A DNA stretch of 64,000 nucleotides from Thermococcus sp. JdFR-02. Lineage in GTDB: Archaea; Methanobacteriota_B; Thermococci; Thermococcales; Thermococcaceae. The notes beneath the pieces were generated by a model that was not told where the DNA came from, did no database searches, and was given only the letters and a program-made list of their open reading frames with translations. Every line of letters begins with the position of its first letter. Position 1 is the stretch's first letter. Of this stretch, positions 9,505 through 18,576 are shown piece after piece. The stretch spans positions 224,001 to 288,000 of the forward strand of contig MTLP01000042.1 of NCBI GenBank assembly GCA_002009975.1, given 5' to 3'. The translations under genes and the position numbers were made by a program.

Positions 9505-10146
9505 TCATTCAATCCAGATTTCCAATCTCTGCTTTCCTCTTCCAATGCTTGAGCGTTTAAGCTTTTTAATATGTCCAATCTCCTTTATGTCTTTCACATG
9601 AGTTCCTCCACAAGGTAAAATCTCAAAGTCCCTTATCTGTGTTAATCTTGTCTCTCCTTCCCACCAGATCTTCATTTCACCGCCTTCATCAACATACTTG
9701 TTGAAAAGCTCAATCATCTTTTCCTTGTATTTGTTCAAGTTTTCTGGATATTCAACATCATAACGACCCTTCTCATAGCTTAACCCGCTTCCAGCTATTC
9801 TCCAATTTCCTTTACCTAAGACTTCATTTAAAACATGATCTAAGAGATGCATGGCGGAATGAATTCTCATAAGCTTATAGCGATAATCCCAATCAATTTT
9901 TAACTCAACCTCATCGCCAACTTTAAATTTACTTGCATCTTCAACCACATGCCAAACATTGCCCTCTTCATCCTTGTATACGTCCAAAACAGTTATCCCA
10001 CTTATCGTTCCTTTATCGTGAGGCTGTCCTCCTCCCGTTGGATAGAAGATTGTTTGGTTTAGAAGTAAAGCATTCTCTTTTATTTCAAGCACCTTTGCCT
10101 TTGCTTCCTTTAGATAAGCATCTTCATAATAAAGCTTCTTTGTCAT
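9505..10146 (-). CDS. alaX: alanyl-tRNA editing protein AlaX-M
   Basis: TIFYPTGGGQPHD, HSAMH, CGGTH. Confidence 0.92.
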   Translation of the reverse strand: MTKKLYYEDAYLKEAKAKVLEIKENALLLNQTIFYPTGGGQPHDKGTISGITVLDVYKDEEGNVWHVVEDASKFKVGDEVELKIDWDYRYKLMRIHSAMHLLDHVLNEVLGKGNWRIAGSGLSYEKGRYDVEYPENLNKYKEKMIELFNKYVDEGGEMKIWWEGETRLTQIRDFEILPCGGTHVKDIKEIGHIKKLKRSSIGRGKQRLEIWIE

Positions 10147-10218
10147 TTAAACCACCAAGAATAATACAAGCAAACATCTATAAAATTCTTTTTACAAAAG
10201 AAAAAATAAATTAAAGGA

Positions 10219-11658
10219 TCACCTTCTCTTTATTAAGAATAGTGCGAGCCCTATTAGTATTAAAGCACCAGCCACTGCAGCCATCTGTTTATAGTCCAAT
10301 TGCGTTGCTTTTTGTTCTGGAAGGGTGTATTTAATGTATGCTTTCTCAATTCCCTCAAAGAGAGCTTTAACATCTTCCTGATGTGCTCCATATCTTATAA
10401 AGATGTTCGCTGTAACTGAAATTGTGTTTCCATTAACCTTTGTAACTACGGTAAATTTATTCCCTTTTATTTCTCTGCTTATGTTCTTTGGAACTTCAAC
10501 TATAGTAGCGCTCTTCGGAAGTACAAACTCCATTTTTAATGTTTGATTGATCTCATTTTGAGACCTGTAGCCCAAATTATAGAAGGAATATCCCAATGTT
10601 GGATCAAAGGAGTATTCATAGGTCCCGTTGATGAATTTCGTGAAGTTCTGCAGGAGATATCTTGATTCAATCACGAGAGGTCCTTCCTCGTCTATTCCTT
10701 TGATCTCCACATTTGCACTTTGAACTGTGACAAATTTTGAAGCTAAGCCCCTAACATTGTTTTGCAGTATTAGGTTTGTTACATTTTCAACACCAAGTGA
10801 CTTTATTTGCGTCTTTATAAGTTCTACTCTCTCCTTTGGTTCAATGTATTTATCTTGAACAAAAAGTCTTGTAGTGCCATTTTCGAAGACTTCAGCTTTC
10901 AGATATTGCTCATTTTTAACTTTTTGATAGGTTTCTTCTCCAACTGAGGATGATGTATATCGGATGTAAAATCCTTCATACTCTCCAAAAAGTGCTTTAA
11001 ATCCTTCTGGAGATAAGTATGGTTCCAATATGATATCAGATGTAATTATAATCTTGTTACCCTTTACCTCAGACCTCACATAGAATTTGCTTTGATTAAA
11101 TTCTCTGCTAATTGGCTTTGGATACTCTATAAGCTCGGCATCACTTGGGAGTTCAATTACGAAATAATTATGGAGCTCAGTCTTATAGGGTAAACCTGTA
11201 TCTGGTATCTTAGCACTTGCATACCCTCTCGTTGGATCAACGATTATTTCCCAGTACCCATCGTAGGAATAATATTTAGCAAAACCCTCCGCATATGCTG
11301 AAAAGACTATAGTTAAGTTACCCTCTTTATCAACACCAAGTAGCTTTAAGGTTTGGTTTGATGTCTTTATGCCAAAATTGACTAAGCTGGCAATGTATCT
11401 ATCTAGTTGGGTCTCCTCATACTTTTTAATAGCCTCTTCCTTTGTCAAATTAGTTTGGTTTAGTATACGTGAGATTTCCTTTTTGATCTCATCCTTAGGT
11501 TCAAGCCAAGAAGTTTTCATGGTTATTTGAGCATCCCCATTTTCTAAAACCTTAATCTCAAATCTAAACTCCTCCTTATAGAAGGGAACTTCCGAATTTT
11601 GGGCATATACAACACCCAAAAGCAGCCCTATAAGCATCAAACTGAACAATCTTTTCAT
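10219..11658 (-). CDS. secreted surface protein with C-terminal TM anchor and internal duplication (DUF4897-like)
   Basis: Signal peptide; two repeats (VLENG/VFENG, VDPTRG/FDPTLG, IELP/FVLP); TM then KRR. Confidence 0.7.
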   Translation of the reverse strand: MKRLFSLMLIGLLLGVVYAQNSEVPFYKEEFRFEIKVLENGDAQITMKTSWLEPKDEIKKEISRILNQTNLTKEEAIKKYEETQLDRYIASLVNFGIKTSNQTLKLLGVDKEGNLTIVFSAYAEGFAKYYSYDGYWEIIVDPTRGYASAKIPDTGLPYKTELHNYFVIELPSDAELIEYPKPISREFNQSKFYVRSEVKGNKIIITSDIILEPYLSPEGFKALFGEYEGFYIRYTSSSVGEETYQKVKNEQYLKAEVFENGTTRLFVQDKYIEPKERVELIKTQIKSLGVENVTNLILQNNVRGLASKFVTVQSANVEIKGIDEEGPLVIESRYLLQNFTKFINGTYEYSFDPTLGYSFYNLGYRSQNEINQTLKMEFVLPKSATIVEVPKNISREIKGNKFTVVTKVNGNTISVTANIFIRYGAHQEDVKALFEGIEKAYIKYTLPEQKATQLDYKQMAAVAGALILIGLALFLIKRR

Positions 11659-11756
11659 TAAACTACACCTCCATTAAGGGACGTCTCGTCCTAAACATTA
11701 GCCGTATTTTGACTATTTAACCTTATCTCTAAGAAAAGCAGGAATGTTTAAGAACT

Positions 11757-12308
11757 TCAGATTTCCTTCTTTAAAAGCTCAAGCTCATCTATGAGCTCTT
11801 TAAAATAATCATAGAATTCACTCTGCTTTAAATACTCCAAAGCTTTCCAAAATTCCTCTAAATTTTGAATCCCGGACTTTTCATACTCATAGGCTTGAAT
11901 GAGCATTTCCAATTTATCAGCAAATCTGACTAATCTTCCTTCCAAGCTCGTTTCTTCTTCATATTCCTCAAATAGTTTAAAATATTCCAGTGATCTGCTG
12001 TTTAAGCTAATTAAAAGCTCCATTATGGCTTTTTTCTCAGCTTTCTTCTTGTCTATATATCTTTGAGCTTCAAGAGGCAGATCCGTTATCTTCGCTTCGC
12101 CTAGATCATGGAGAATTGATATTTTTAGAGCTTTTTCAACATCAATTTCAACTCCCCTCTCTTTCAACATATCGGCTAAAACAAGTGTAATTAGAGCAAC
12201 TCTATAAGTGTGATCAGCAACACTTTCAGGATTTTTAATTCCTCTCAACAGCCACCCCATTCGTGGAAGCCTCTTTAACTTTCCAGCTTCCAAAAAAAGA
12301 GTAAGCAT
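11757..12308 (-). CDS. HD domain hydrolase, YfbR-like 5'-deoxynucleotidase
   Basis: LKRLPRMGW, ESVADH, HDLGEA, ADKLEM. Confidence 0.88.
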   Translation of the reverse strand: MLTLFLEAGKLKRLPRMGWLLRGIKNPESVADHTYRVALITLVLADMLKERGVEIDVEKALKISILHDLGEAKITDLPLEAQRYIDKKKAEKKAIMELLISLNSRSLEYFKLFEEYEEETSLEGRLVRFADKLEMLIQAYEYEKSGIQNLEEFWKALEYLKQSEFYDYFKELIDELELLKKEI

Positions 12309-12310
12309 CT

Positions 12311-12625
12311 CTACTCCTCCGTAACATAAAGAATTTTTTCTGTCTCAATTGCCTTCGCAACTATCCCATGTCCAATAAACCTGCCATAAACCCTAACTAT
12401 GTCTCCTCTTCCAAGATAAGGCGTTCCAGAAAACTCTATTTTCAACCCGTTTATGTGAAATATGGTCCTATAACTTGGTAATTCCATGGGTAAAAACTCA
12501 ACAATCGGCTTATCTTCAATTTTTCCCTCTAAGACAACATTCTTCCCCCTCATCTTGGGATTAGTTAAATCCTCCGATGTAACAATATAATAATAGTGAT
12601 GATCAAACTTTATACGCTTTGGCAT
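12311..12625 (-). CDS. hypothetical OB-fold-like protein
   Basis: beta-rich, GDIVRVYGRF. Confidence 0.7.
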   Translation of the reverse strand: MPKRIKFDHHYYYIVTSEDLTNPKMRGKNVVLEGKIEDKPIVEFLPMELPSYRTIFHINGLKIEFSGTPYLGRGDIVRVYGRFIGHGIVAKAIETEKILYVTEE

Positions 12626-12681
12626 CACTATCACCTACAAGTTTTAATTCCCTTATAGTGATATATTTAACGGTGGGAGAA

Positions 12682-13257
12682 GTGATAAAGGTTGCGATTA
12701 TTGGAGCAGAAAATGTTGGTAAAAGTACCCTCATGAACGCACTATTGGGCAGGAACATCTCGGAGATAGCACCGATTCCAGGAACGACTAAAGGGATTAT
12801 AAGAAGAGCTTTCGGAAAAGTAAAGATTCCAAAAAGCATTAAAAATCCCTTTGGAAGAGCTGACGAATTTGTGTTAATAGACACTGCAGGACTTTTTGAT
12901 CCTCAAATGGAGCTTAGGGGAAAAGTTCTAAGCGAAGAAAAGTTCAAGGAGATAATTAGAGAAATAACATCTTCAGATGTTATAATCCACATGATAGATG
13001 CACAGTTTGGATTACATAGGGGAATGGAAAAGCTTCATCATCTCCTAAAGTTCCGGTATGAAAAGCCAATTATAGTCGTAATAAACAAGATAGACTTAGT
13101 TCCCAGAGAAAAAGTTGAGGAGCTAAGGAGAATTGTTAAAAAGAGACTTGAGCAGGAACCAATTTTGTTGTCTCTGGTGACTTATGAGGGATTTAACGAG
13201 CTTTTAAATGCTTTGGTTTATTATGCTCAGTACGCAAAGAAAAATAGTTCCCTTTAA
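12682..13257 (+). CDS. Era-like small GTPase
   Basis: GAENVGKST, PGTT, DTAG, NKID. Confidence 0.9.
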   Translation: MIKVAIIGAENVGKSTLMNALLGRNISEIAPIPGTTKGIIRRAFGKVKIPKSIKNPFGRADEFVLIDTAGLFDPQMELRGKVLSEEKFKEIIREITSSDVIIHMIDAQFGLHRGMEKLHHLLKFRYEKPIIVVINKIDLVPREKVEELRRIVKKRLEQEPILLSLVTYEGFNELLNALVYYAQYAKKNSSL

Positions 13258-13471
13258 AATTTGCAAACTTTGATATGCCTTTCAATGTAATTAGACTATC
13301 TAACACAGCATATTCATTGGCAAGCTCTTCAGCGAGCTCTTTGGGTATGCCATTTTTAATTAGGGCTTTTCTGAATTTCCGCTTACTTCTTCTAACGGCT
13401 CTCTTCATTCCTGCAATATCCCATAGAATCTTTGGAACTAAGAATAAAACTCTAAAAAGGGAAATAATCAT
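13193..13471 (-). CDS. hypothetical basic protein
   Basis: Coupled to the upstream gene by overlap; FRKALIKNGIPKELAEELA. Confidence 0.7.
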   Translation of the reverse strand: MIISLFRVLFLVPKILWDIAGMKRAVRRSKRKFRKALIKNGIPKELAEELANEYAVLDSLITLKGISKFANFKGNYFSLRTEHNKPKHLKAR

Positions 13472-14055
13472 CAGAGCTCCTCCTCAAAATCCTCCCCTAT
13501 CTTTTTCTTCCCCAACTTTTTTAACTCCTCAAGTTTCTCAAGTTTGCCCATTTTCTCCTTCATGAAAGCCGCTACGAGAGTTTTAACTATATTAACACTC
13601 TCCATATACTCCTTTGTAAGTTCAAAGGCTTTATCTGGATCCATCCCTGCTCCAACAAGTTCTTTATAAAAGCTGGCAACATTCTTTCCAAACCTTTCTG
13701 CTTTTTCTGGGTCATAGGTTTCATTAATTAAATCTTTTATTGGACCAAATATTGAATCCATTATCTTGGGCAAGCTTTCAGATAAAACTCCCATGACCTC
13801 TCTAAGCTCTTCAACATCTTCCTTATCACTCTTTTTTCCAGCAACTTTAAATTCACTGAGCATGTCTTCAAGGATTTCAATTTTTCTTTCAAGCAGTTCT
13901 AAATCCTCCTCACTCTTTGCTTCTTTAAGTTGCTGAGTGAGATCTCTTATAGTTTCCTCAATTATCCCCTTAGCCCCTACTTCGCTTTCTATAGCGGCTA
14001 AAACTTTCTTTTTAATCTCTTCTTTAAACTCCTCTTCATCAAACATTTCCATCAC
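13471..14055 (-). CDS. hypothetical acidic helical protein
   Basis: GAGGTG RBS; coiled-coil; FYKELVGAGMDPDKAFELT. Confidence 0.8.
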   Translation of the reverse strand: MMEMFDEEEFKEEIKKKVLAAIESEVGAKGIIEETIRDLTQQLKEAKSEEDLELLERKIEILEDMLSEFKVAGKKSDKEDVEELREVMGVLSESLPKIMDSIFGPIKDLINETYDPEKAERFGKNVASFYKELVGAGMDPDKAFELTKEYMESVNIVKTLVAAFMKEKMGKLEKLEELKKLGKKKIGEDFEEEL

Positions 14056-14066
14056 CTCGTTATCAT

Positions 14067-14510
14067 CTATATGTGCTCAAACTTAATTGGAATGCCGATT
14101 AATTCAAGCCACTTATTGAGCACTTCTTTTTTTAAAGTGTAGCACTTTCCTTTCTCGCCATCAACTTCACTAACAACCCCTAACTTCAAGAGGATCTCAA
14201 GTTTTTCCCTAACGGTATTTCGTGAACCTTTTCCTCTCCTTGCCTTCAACTCTCGAGCTATCTGGCTTATATTGGCTTTTTTAAGATCAAAAATTATCTT
14301 CACAATCTCCCTCGCTATTGGGTCATGTTTTATTTCTGGCACAACTATGTCTATGCTTAAATCTCCATGCTGGGCATAGAGGTTTATAAGCCTCAAATAG
14401 TTCTGTGCAAGCTGTGAAACAAGTTCAAAGCTTCTCATTAGCTCAGCCATTGCTTTTCTTAGACTCTCAACTTCCTTTGAGAGTTTCTCGACATCATTGT
14501 CTTCTGCCAT
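14067..14510 (-). CDS. coiled-coil plus wHTH transcriptional regulator
   Basis: NISQIARELKARRGKGSRNTVREKLEILLKLGVV. Confidence 0.8.
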   Translation of the reverse strand: MAEDNDVEKLSKEVESLRKAMAELMRSFELVSQLAQNYLRLINLYAQHGDLSIDIVVPEIKHDPIAREIVKIIFDLKKANISQIARELKARRGKGSRNTVREKLEILLKLGVVSEVDGEKGKCYTLKKEVLNKWLELIGIPIKFEHI

Positions 14511-14640
14511 TCTGAGCACCATAACTAAGTTGTTTGGTCAAAAAATATAGAGGTTCTGATTAAAAATGACCACCAAAGACCGTGACTTATATTGATTAAT
14601 ATATTTGAAAGTAAATAAACCTTACTTAAAGTCAAAAGCA

Positions 14641-15603
14641 CTAATAATCTTCACTCTCGAGTTTCTCTTTAACGTACTCCGCTATAGCTTTTGCAACTGT
14701 TGGGGGAACAGCCTCACCAACGCTATCATACTGGACATCTCTTCCTCCCAAGAAGATGTGATAATCTGGATACCCCATTAAGCGAGCTTGTTCTCTTACC
14801 GTTAGAAGTCTATCATCGAAAGGATGAATAAACCTGCTTCCGCCTTTTACAGTTGGAGCAACCTTGTAAGGATGAAGTCTTGTCCAATTGGTAAATCTTC
14901 TTGTAGAATCTCCGAAATAATGCAAAGACTCTCCCCATCCCAGCGTCATTATTTTTCTACGCTTTTTGTAGGTTAGCGGAACATATTGGTGGTTTGGAAT
15001 TTCCAATGCCTCCGGAAGTCTTGGGTCTGGCAAATCTCCAATAGCTTCCCAAACTGTAATTCTCCTCCCAAACTTCTTTGGCTTAAGCTTTATGTTTGAA
15101 ATAAACACTCTTTTCCTCCTTTGTGGTGTTCCATAGTCTTGAGCATCTAAAATATTAAAATACACTTCATAACCGGCTTGCTCAAATTCGTATTTTAAAG
15201 CATCTTCAAGCTCTCCCTCTAAAACCTGAGGAACTTCCTCCATGACAAATACCTTTGGTTGCAAATCCTTAACAAATCTAATGAAATGCAGTACTAATTG
15301 CCCAATGGGGTCATTATAAAGCCTATCCAATGGGTTCTCTTTTCTCTTAAGACTTGCTGCTGTAAAAGGCTCACATGGAGGTCCTCCAATTAAAACGTCT
15401 GGAATTCCTACATCTCTAATAAGTTCAATAGCGTGAATCTTTTTGATATCTTCAATGTAGACTTTGACTTCAGGGAAATTATATTGATAAGTCTCTGCTT
15501 TAGGTTTAAAGTTCTCAACAGCTGCAAGAATTTTAAATCTCGCCTCTTTAAACCCCCTACTAAATCCTCCCGCACCAGCGAATAAATCAATAACCGTGTA
15601 CAT
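14641..15603 (-). CDS. orphan DNA (cytosine-5) methyltransferase
   Basis: DLFAGAGG, GGPPCE, EEV (motif VI variant), YGTPQRRKR, LTVREQARLMGYP. Confidence 0.9.
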   Translation of the reverse strand: MYTVIDLFAGAGGFSRGFKEARFKILAAVENFKPKAETYQYNFPEVKVYIEDIKKIHAIELIRDVGIPDVLIGGPPCEPFTAASLKRKENPLDRLYNDPIGQLVLHFIRFVKDLQPKVFVMEEVPQVLEGELEDALKYEFEQAGYEVYFNILDAQDYGTPQRRKRVFISNIKLKPKKFGRRITVWEAIGDLPDPRLPEALEIPNHQYVPLTYKKRRKIMTLGWGESLHYFGDSTRRFTNWTRLHPYKVAPTVKGGSRFIHPFDDRLLTVREQARLMGYPDYHIFLGGRDVQYDSVGEAVPPTVAKAIAEYVKEKLESEDY

Positions 15604-15676
15604 AAGTCTCACCAGAAGTACTAAGAGAGGCAAGATTTATAAGCATTTCAAGATACCAATAAGCGAGGCGAGACCG

Positions 15677-15964
15677 GTGGAGCGAGAGATAAGCGAAGAA
15701 AAAATTCAAAAATACTTTGAAATAACGAGAAAAGCCCTGGAAAAGCTTGAAATTGCAGTACATGAAAAAAGCCTCCTCTATTCTGTTGCAAAAGACTTTT
15801 TAACCATGGCGAAAAGCTATTATGAGGATGCCAAATACTATTACGAAAAAGGAGACTATGTCACAGCATTCGCTGCTTTAAACTACGCCCATGGTTTCAT
15901 TGATGCTGGAGTAAGACTTGGAGTGTTTAAGGGTGAAGACGACAGATTATTTGCTTTTGGGTGA
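15677..15964 (+). CDS. DUF357 protein
   Basis: YYEDAKYY, AFAALNYAHGFIDAG. Confidence 0.85.
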   Translation: MEREISEEKIQKYFEITRKALEKLEIAVHEKSLLYSVAKDFLTMAKSYYEDAKYYYEKGDYVTAFAALNYAHGFIDAGVRLGVFKGEDDRLFAFG

Positions 15965-15973
15965 GGTGAGAAG

Positions 15974-16363
15974 ATGGGGGATTATATAGTGGTGTTGGAA
16001 GCACCAATAATCGTGAGAGATGTCGAAACGGCAGAAGATGCAATAAACGTTGCTGTCTCAAAAGTCGCCAAGGCTTTGAATAAAGAAAAGCTTGATTTTG
16101 TGAAAGTTGAAATAGGCTACTCCCAATGTCCCGTGTGTGGAAGCCCCTTTGAAAGTGCCTTTGTGATCGGGAATGTTGGGCTGGTAGGGATTTATTTGAC
16201 GCTTAAAGTTTTTAATGCACAGAGTTTAGAGCATGCAGAGAGAATTGCAAAAGCTGTTGTTGGAAAAGCCTTAAGAAAAGTTCCGTTAAAGGTTTTTGAA
16301 ATCAAGGAAATGCACAATGGAAGAGAAGGGGAAGGAGTCCGTTTTGAAGGATCTCAAAACTAG
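15974..16363 (+). CDS. DUF555 (UPF0212) protein
   Basis: DYIVVLEA, CPVCG, VFNAQSLEHAERIAK. Confidence 0.85.
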   Translation: MGDYIVVLEAPIIVRDVETAEDAINVAVSKVAKALNKEKLDFVKVEIGYSQCPVCGSPFESAFVIGNVGLVGIYLTLKVFNAQSLEHAERIAKAVVGKALRKVPLKVFEIKEMHNGREGEGVRFEGSQN

Positions 16364-16389
16364 CTCCCTTTAATTTAAAAAAGAAAAAG

Positions 16390-16530
16390 CTAAGCTTCAA
16401 TAACTGCTATCACTTGTCCCTGAGAAACCTCTTCATTTTCTTTTATCAAAATTTTCACCCTTCCACTCGCTGGAGCGTTTATATGCATGGTAACCTCTTC
16501 TATCATGACTTCAGCTATCTCCTCTCCTAA
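16390..16530 (-). pseudogene. truncated lipoyl-domain gene remnant
   Basis: GEEIAEVMIEEVTMHINAPASG...QGQVIAVIE is the C-terminal part of a lipoyl domain; Glu at the lipoyl-Lys position; N-terminus missing. Confidence 0.7.
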
Positions 16531-16586
16531 TTTGTATTTTAGAAAAGCTAGATTTTCATCGAGAATTATTAAAAAACAGAAAAACA

Positions 16587-16895
16587 TCACTTGAAGATCT
16601 CATCGCCGCTCTTGTTTTCTAATCCTGGATGGATGTCAAACCTTACAACCCCAACTGGAACTTTTCCTTTTATTGCTTCTACTACTTTTGCCACCCCAAC
16701 ATGTCCAAATCCGCCGCAAAGTTCAATAGCAACGATCCCATCTTCAACAAGTTCTTTTGCCACCTCACAAGCTTCGTTATAATTTTTAACTCCAACTACG
16801 TGGAGTTCTACAATCGGTGTTGCAACTACAGCTCTGTGCTTTTTAGGGTCTGCCTCAGGGGCTACAAATATAAAGGCCGCTTTAAGCTCCCCCAT
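16587..16895 (-). CDS. DUF6506-like protein
   Basis: KAAFIF..PEADP, AIELCGGFG, PVGVVRFD. Confidence 0.75.
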   Translation of the reverse strand: MGELKAAFIFVAPEADPKKHRAVVATPIVELHVVGVKNYNEACEVAKELVEDGIVAIELCGGFGHVGVAKVVEAIKGKVPVGVVRFDIHPGLENKSGDEIFK

Positions 16896-16930
16896 AGCCT
16901 TAATTCCTCCTTACGTTTTTACAATTTCAT

Positions 16931-17962
16931 TTACTCTTCCCACGACCAGGAAGGTGGAAATCCCGTTCTCTTTGATGGGAAGCATAGAGGTATCACAAAT
17001 CCCCAATGCACTCCAGCATACGCTAATACAAATGCTTGAAGCAAGTAGTAAGTATCTTCAGGAGAAGTTGGAGGCCATATGGATTTGGTTATTGCGATGC
17101 TCACCAAAACTGCTATGATTTGTATTATGATCACGCCTATGAGTCCTACAATAGCACCCAACGTTGGTGGCTTAATTTTTCTCCAGGGCCAGCCTTCAAA
17201 TATTACAAATACGCTCCAGTTAAAGCTACATCCCGCTCCAAACCATATTAAGAAGTATAGTGAGTACCCGCCTATTAGTGAAGCATATGGATTCTCTAAA
17301 GAGAAGTTAAAATATCCAAGTAATGATGCAAATGCTATTATTAGGAACACTACAGCCAGATTTATTGCCCAATATGTGATACCTGCTTCACCCTCTTTCA
17401 TATCTTTAGTCCAGTATGCTATAATACCTGAACCCAAAAGCCATTGGGTAGGAATAAACCACCATGCGGGCATAAGTCCTGGTTTGGGTAATACTATTAT
17501 TGTCACTATGACTAGTGAATACCAAAGTAAAAGATCCAATACTGTTTTTTTAGGCGGTGCAACTTTACCCCATAAATGGAATGAAAAGTCTGTTACTACT
17601 ATCCAAAAAAACAATCCTGCTAGTATTGGGAATCCATATGTTCCTAGATCAATTATCTTATCAGCCAGCCACCAACACAGCACTCCCAAGAACCAAGCCA
17701 CACTGAGCATCGTAATGCCACGAGCCCACCAATTCTCAATTTTGTTAAATGGCCAGTAGCCCCATACTACGAATGCAAAAACCCACCATAGAGCCCATAG
17801 ATACGTTCCAACTATATCAAGCCACTCTATATCGCAAATGGAAACTCTAGTAAACACCAAATGACCGATCCACCAGTTTAGTACAGAAGCTATAATTACA
17901 GCGAGCATTACTGGCCAATGATATCCCCATTTTAGTTTTTCACCTTTTTCTATCTCAACCAA
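16931..17962 (-). CDS. Trp-rich multi-TM putative permease
   Basis: About 10 TM; repeated motif WGYWPFNKI / FEGWPWRKI; GGAGG RBS before TTG. Confidence 0.75.
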   Translation of the reverse strand: MVEIEKGEKLKWGYHWPVMLAVIIASVLNWWIGHLVFTRVSICDIEWLDIVGTYLWALWWVFAFVVWGYWPFNKIENWWARGITMLSVAWFLGVLCWWLADKIIDLGTYGFPILAGLFFWIVVTDFSFHLWGKVAPPKKTVLDLLLWYSLVIVTIIVLPKPGLMPAWWFIPTQWLLGSGIIAYWTKDMKEGEAGITYWAINLAVVFLIIAFASLLGYFNFSLENPYASLIGGYSLYFLIWFGAGCSFNWSVFVIFEGWPWRKIKPPTLGAIVGLIGVIIIQIIAVLVSIAITKSIWPPTSPEDTYYLLQAFVLAYAGVHWGFVIPLCFPSKRTGFPPSWSWEE

Positions 17963-18022
17963 GTTTTTCGCCTCCTATGTTTTAAACAAAGAATTAAGAA
18001 GAGAGTAGATACCCTTGCATAC

Positions 18023-18535
18023 CTACTCCTTTGATTCTTTTTCAGATTCAGGCGGGTATACCGCATCAGGTTCTGGCCACTCAAAGTCTGGTGGCATGTT
18101 GTAAATTTCTGCAATAAACTTTAGATTTTCCTCAGTGGTTAGATAAGTGTAAGTAAGGCCATACCATGTACCGCCTTGTAAGATCTTGTGACCTTTAGCG
18201 CGGAAGAATTTCATGGCTTCCTCATAATTATCAACTGCAAATGCCACATGATGCAATCCTTCTCCACAAGTGCGTAGAAACTCTGCATAAATGCTTTTTT
18301 CATCTTTAGGCTCGATTAGCTCCCATTGAACATTGCCGATATTACAAAGAGCAATACGCATAGCATAATCTTCCCTTTTTTCCCTGATAATCATGTTTTC
18401 CACAGTTTTTGGGTCAAATTCATATATTTTCCATGGTCCTATACCATACTCATCAGCATATTTTTTAACTGCTTCATCTAAATCTCTCACTACTACAGCT
18501 ACTTGGAGCACATTTTTAAATATGGGCTTCTCCAC
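18023..18535 (-). CDS. VOC family protein (methylmalonyl-CoA epimerase/glyoxalase-like)
   Basis: QVAVVVRDLDEA, GIGPW, WELIEP, GEGLHHVAF, AEI. Confidence 0.85.
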   Translation of the reverse strand: MEKPIFKNVLQVAVVVRDLDEAVKKYADEYGIGPWKIYEFDPKTVENMIIREKREDYAMRIALCNIGNVQWELIEPKDEKSIYAEFLRTCGEGLHHVAFAVDNYEEAMKFFRAKGHKILQGGTWYGLTYTYLTTEENLKFIAEIYNMPPDFEWPEPDAVYPPESEKESKE

Positions 18536-18576
18536 TATTTTCACCTTCTTCTCACGTCTAAAAATAAAAAACAAAA

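Noticed and set aside
11676-11696. Small hairpin GGACG-TCT-CGTCC
   Set aside because: A 5-bp stem is expected by chance.
17079-17759. 226-aa plus-strand ORF
   Set aside because: Antisense shadow of the permease, with no RBS or motif; the same applies to the other short antisense ORFs in the track.
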